From NCBI RefSeq assembly GCF_009914755.1, contig NC_060927.1: a stretch of 64,000 bases of DNA; one strand, written 5' to 3'. The stretch comes from the human T2T-CHM13v2.0 reference genome, Homo sapiens. The notes beneath the pieces are model-generated. The model ran no database searches. It was not told where the DNA came from and was given only the letters and a program-made list of their open reading frames with translations. Shown piece after piece: positions 60,319-64,000 of this stretch (positions are counted from its first letter, which is position 1; every line of letters begins with the position of its first letter). Position numbers and translations under genes: made by a program.

Positions 60319-61735
60319 GATTTTTGTCACTAACTTATATTAAACATGAATAGGTTATCAGGAAAGGCATGAGGGAAAGTCAGGGATGATAATGGTTTTA
60401 ATGTGTTTGAATAAGTAAGGAAGGGAAAGAGGAATTATAGATAATGGTCATTAAATGATCTAGAATATATTTTTAAGGGCAAAGTATTCTTACCTTCATT
60501 GTACATGAATCCAAAAGGAATCTGTTATCACTAACAAGAAAAGCATTTGTTTCTTCGCTCTATTTCTCCCATGCTCTTTCTTGACTTCATTTCCAAAAAC
60601 CAATGTTTCCCCATACAGTTACTTTTGTCATGTGACTCTGCAGCACCTCTTATGAGCAGAACCATGTCATCCTCACACCAATCCCAAGAATTACAGAAAT
60701 CCTTTGGGAGACTCATTCTAATTCAGATTTACATGAAAATAAAATGCTTAATTTTCTTTCAAGGTCTCTAACACCTGGTCTAACACAACCTTCTCTACTT
60801 TTCTCACTATTAATTTTTTCCAAGCTAATCTACTAACCAGGTGCTGAGAAACAGTGCAACTACTAATTAGGTTGTGCGGTCTACATTATAACTTTGCTCT
60901 TGTACATCTTCAGCAGTGACCTTTTCCTCACACATACATTCTCCTAGGGAACTTTAAATCTTGACCAGCGAATTCACAATGGACAGATATCAGTGCATGC
61001 TGAACAAAGAGAATCGTAAAGGGAAATATTGAGCAACCACAAAATCAATGAGGGCTTGGTGACTGAGGTGCTTTAGCCAACATCTTCCAAGACAAAACAA
61101 ACAAAGAAGTCATATAGAATCACGGCTGTCAAGAAGAAAACGCATCTTGACTTCATACAAATCACATATAATTTCTTACATCAGAGCAGGAATTTGAAAT
61201 CCAATAATCTCATCATATGACTTCATTTTATATTGAGATAAATTCATCATTAACCACCTTTCAAAATAAGATTTTATTTTTCAGAAACAATATTGAACAC
61301 TATAGAACAGAAAAGCACTTTTAAAAATGAGAAAAAAACATAAAAACATCCTGAAGTGGCTTAAGAGGCCTTCTGGAAACATACTAAATAACAGATTTTC
61401 TTTAATAAACAGTTTTTACTATAACACATGGAAATTTTATAAGCCCTGAGTTACGACAATAATTAAGTCATACATAAAAGTGTTAACTCTGAGACACTAA
61501 AACAGGAATTATAGTTTTTCTTTTACTGATCTCTAAACACCATGAATTTTCCTTACTTACTTTCATGTCAACACAGAAAGAATTGAAATATATATTTTTT
61601 AAAAGAAAAGCTGAACATGGGAGCTGACGCAAGCCTTTATTGAAAATAATCTACTTCATTTTTCTCTTTTTTCTTTGGTAAAGATACACACAGTTAGACC
61701 AACAAATGTCCTCTGCTGTTGAATTAAATACTCAC

Positions 61736-61893
61736 AGTTATTCTTTCATCTTTATCATCCAGTGGAGAGCCATCTTTCTTCCATGAAATGGTGGGCTCAG
61801 GATGGCCTCGTGGAGGTTGGCATTCCATTACTGCAGGCTCTCCTACTGCAACCATGACATCCGAAGGGTTTTGTCTGAAGTCATCCCGAAGTA
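61736..61893 (-). CDS. ROBO1: ROBO1 coding exon, N-terminal half of Ig2 (158 nt, phase 1 to 0)
   Basis: Minus strand cctacag|TA CTT CGG GAT...AGA ATA ACT|gtgagt; translates (I)[52 protein letters not shown], recognised as ROBO1. Absent from the ORF track. Confidence 0.97.
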
Positions 61894-63156
61894 CTGTAGG
61901 AACAAGATTAAATCATTATAACCAAAAGTGATAGATACAGTCCTAATCTCTGAACTTCAGCAGGAGACATTTATTATAATTATAATAAACTACCACTAAT
62001 AGCTCTTGCAATACAGCTTTAAGAATCTATATCTACTTATAGACATCTGCAATTTAATAAAGATATTTGACCTTAAACATACACAGAAGGGATAATTTGA
62101 TATTCTTCAGAGGCCAGCAGGCGCGTGTATTCCGCTGCTTAGTGCCCTCACAGTTAGCATTTGGCTCATCTTTAACTTGCATTTCTTTTCTGCCTGCTGC
62201 CTACATTTTTCTCAGCCATGTGCTAACCAATATAACTGAATCCTCCTTTTATCTATATGATGCCACAGGATAATGCTTTCTATAATTAAATGAATTACAT
62301 ATACATGCAAAGCTAAATATTAAAAGAAAAAAATAAGATACTTCTAAGCATGAATTTAATTGAGCAATATTTTATAAATATATAAAATTAATGTATAAGG
62401 TTATATAATCATCATAATTTAAATATGCTCAATATAAAAACTTTAGACATATCTACAAAGCCATTACATTGAAACTCATTGTGTTTTTCCATGATTACTG
62501 AGAATGTTAGAAGGCACCAATATGGATAACAGCAGTGCTACCAACAGCATCACTTTTATGTTCTATGTTTTTGTTGTTTTTTTGTGTATACTATCTCATT
62601 AAATCCTTAACCTATTCAGAATGAGAGATATTATTAATTCTAATTGTACTACTAACATTAGTCCCATACTGTGGAGGAAGAAACAATTCACTATTGTAAT
62701 TTCAACTGGATACTAATATAATATTAACATACTGTAAAACAAGCAGTATTTTGTAACTGTTAGAATTAAATGTGGAAAAGAAACCAAATACATATTCCAA
62801 AAATAGCTCATACAGTAAAATTGTCCCCAGTATCTTGATAACATCAAGAAATCATGAATTATGTGGCATGTTAGTCTTAAATACAACTCTGTTGTATACT
62901 AGACATGCAATCTTGAACATAACTATTTAATACTTTTGCTTCCCTTTTCACAAAAGAGGGATGAACATATATATACTTCAGTACAAAGTCCAATAGTTAT
63001 CATTCCTCCACCCTGCTTTCCTTGATCTGATGTGTAGTAGAATGTGAACCATTTTGGTAACCTAATTTAACATGGTACTGAAAATGTTTATTAGTATGTT
63101 AAGTGCACAGATTTGGATTGATAAATGTTATTTATCTTTTAAAACCTATTGAATTG

Positions 63157-63422
63157 GGCTGGGTGTGGTGGCTTACGCCTATAATCCCAGCACTTTGGGA
63201 GGCCAAGGAGGGCGGATTACCTGAGGTCAGGAGTTTGAGACCAGCCTGACCAACATGGAGAAACCCTGTCTCTACTAAAAATACAAAATTAGCCAGGCAC
63301 AGTGATGCATGCCTGTAATCCCAGCTACTCCGGAGGCTGAGGCAGGAGAATTGCTAGAACCCAGGAGGTGGCGGTTGTGGTGAGCTGAGATCGTGCCATT
63401 GCACGCCAGCCTCTGTCTCAAA

Positions 63423-63451
<29 letters not shown>
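63157..63451 (+). mobile_element. AluSp with (AAAT)n tail and short right-arm deletion
   Basis: cctgaccaacatggagaaacc, gcggttgtggtgagc; ccagcct|ctgtctc lacks about 19 nt; TSD aaa(a/t)cctattgaatt at 63141-63155 and 63452-63466. Confidence 0.92.
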
Positions 63452-63453
<2 letters not shown>

Positions 63454-64000
63454 ATCCTATTGAATTTTTAAAAGAATATTTGAATTTAATATTTATTACT
63501 ATAATTTTGTACTGGAATGGACGTCTTTCCATTCCACTGGCATTTAAAAGTGCTTTCATGGATGAAGTACTATAGTGTAAAAAACTTATGCTCAAGCTGT
63601 TCTTTCAAAAATCACTCTTAAACTTTTTTTCAAAACCTCAAACCAGTTTAAATTTTTTCCTTCCTCAATTCCAACCAACTAGATGTATCCATTCGAGTAA
63701 GTTATCACATCCATGAAAAAAATCCCCATTTTCTAATCTGAATATTAAGACAACTTGGGCACGGCATGACTATGTTAATATTTGGAAACTACTGCTTCAA
63801 AGAGAAGACCTTCTTTCTTATCTTTGGAAAGAACAGTAAAAGGAAAAGCAAAATAAATCTGATCTCGCCAAACTGTTTAAATTCTAACTTCAATACTATT
63901 CAGTATTAATAAAATATATAGACACAAAGGTAAACCTTGTTAAACTGAAAACTCCAGCTACTGTTACCACATAATAAAAGAACAGAGTATAAAGACTTTC

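Noticed and set aside
61555-61563. Alternative donor AAA|GTAAGT 175 nt downstream of the first Ig2 exon
   Set aside because: The extension hits TAA within four codons and there is no supporting evidence; likely a decoy.

Overview
AT-rich, CpG-poor primate (human-like) genomic DNA lying entirely inside the axon-guidance receptor gene ROBO1, transcribed on the minus strand. I reconstructed six constitutive coding exons by hand (61736-61893, 33070-33190, 32582-32720, 29704-29831, 3943-4067, 1042-1213; 158/121/139/128/125/172 nt). All have AG/GT ends and compatible phases, and they encode Ig domains 2-4. A 9-nt microexon (8643-8651, Val-Gly-Ser in the Ig3-Ig4 linker), not called as an exon by the ORF track, is followed by 11 YCAY (NOVA-type) motifs; it matches the published Robo1 'exon 6b'. 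The rest is intron filled with Alus (many with readable target-site duplications), two 5'-truncated L1PA copies, solo LTRs (THE1C-like, MLT2, MLT1), DNA-transposon fossils (MER20, MER5A, MER81, Tigger3), L2/MIR relics and microsatellites. There is no evidence for an unknown gene or a non-primate insert. The best new hypotheses are at RNA level: a stop-free 546-nt Ig2-Ig3 circle bracketed by inverted Alus, intronic polyadenylation after a weak donor giving a secreted decoy, and a frame-preserving Alu exon in the same hinge as the microexon. Repeat subfamily names and boundaries of old repeats are from memory of consensus sequences and are approximate.
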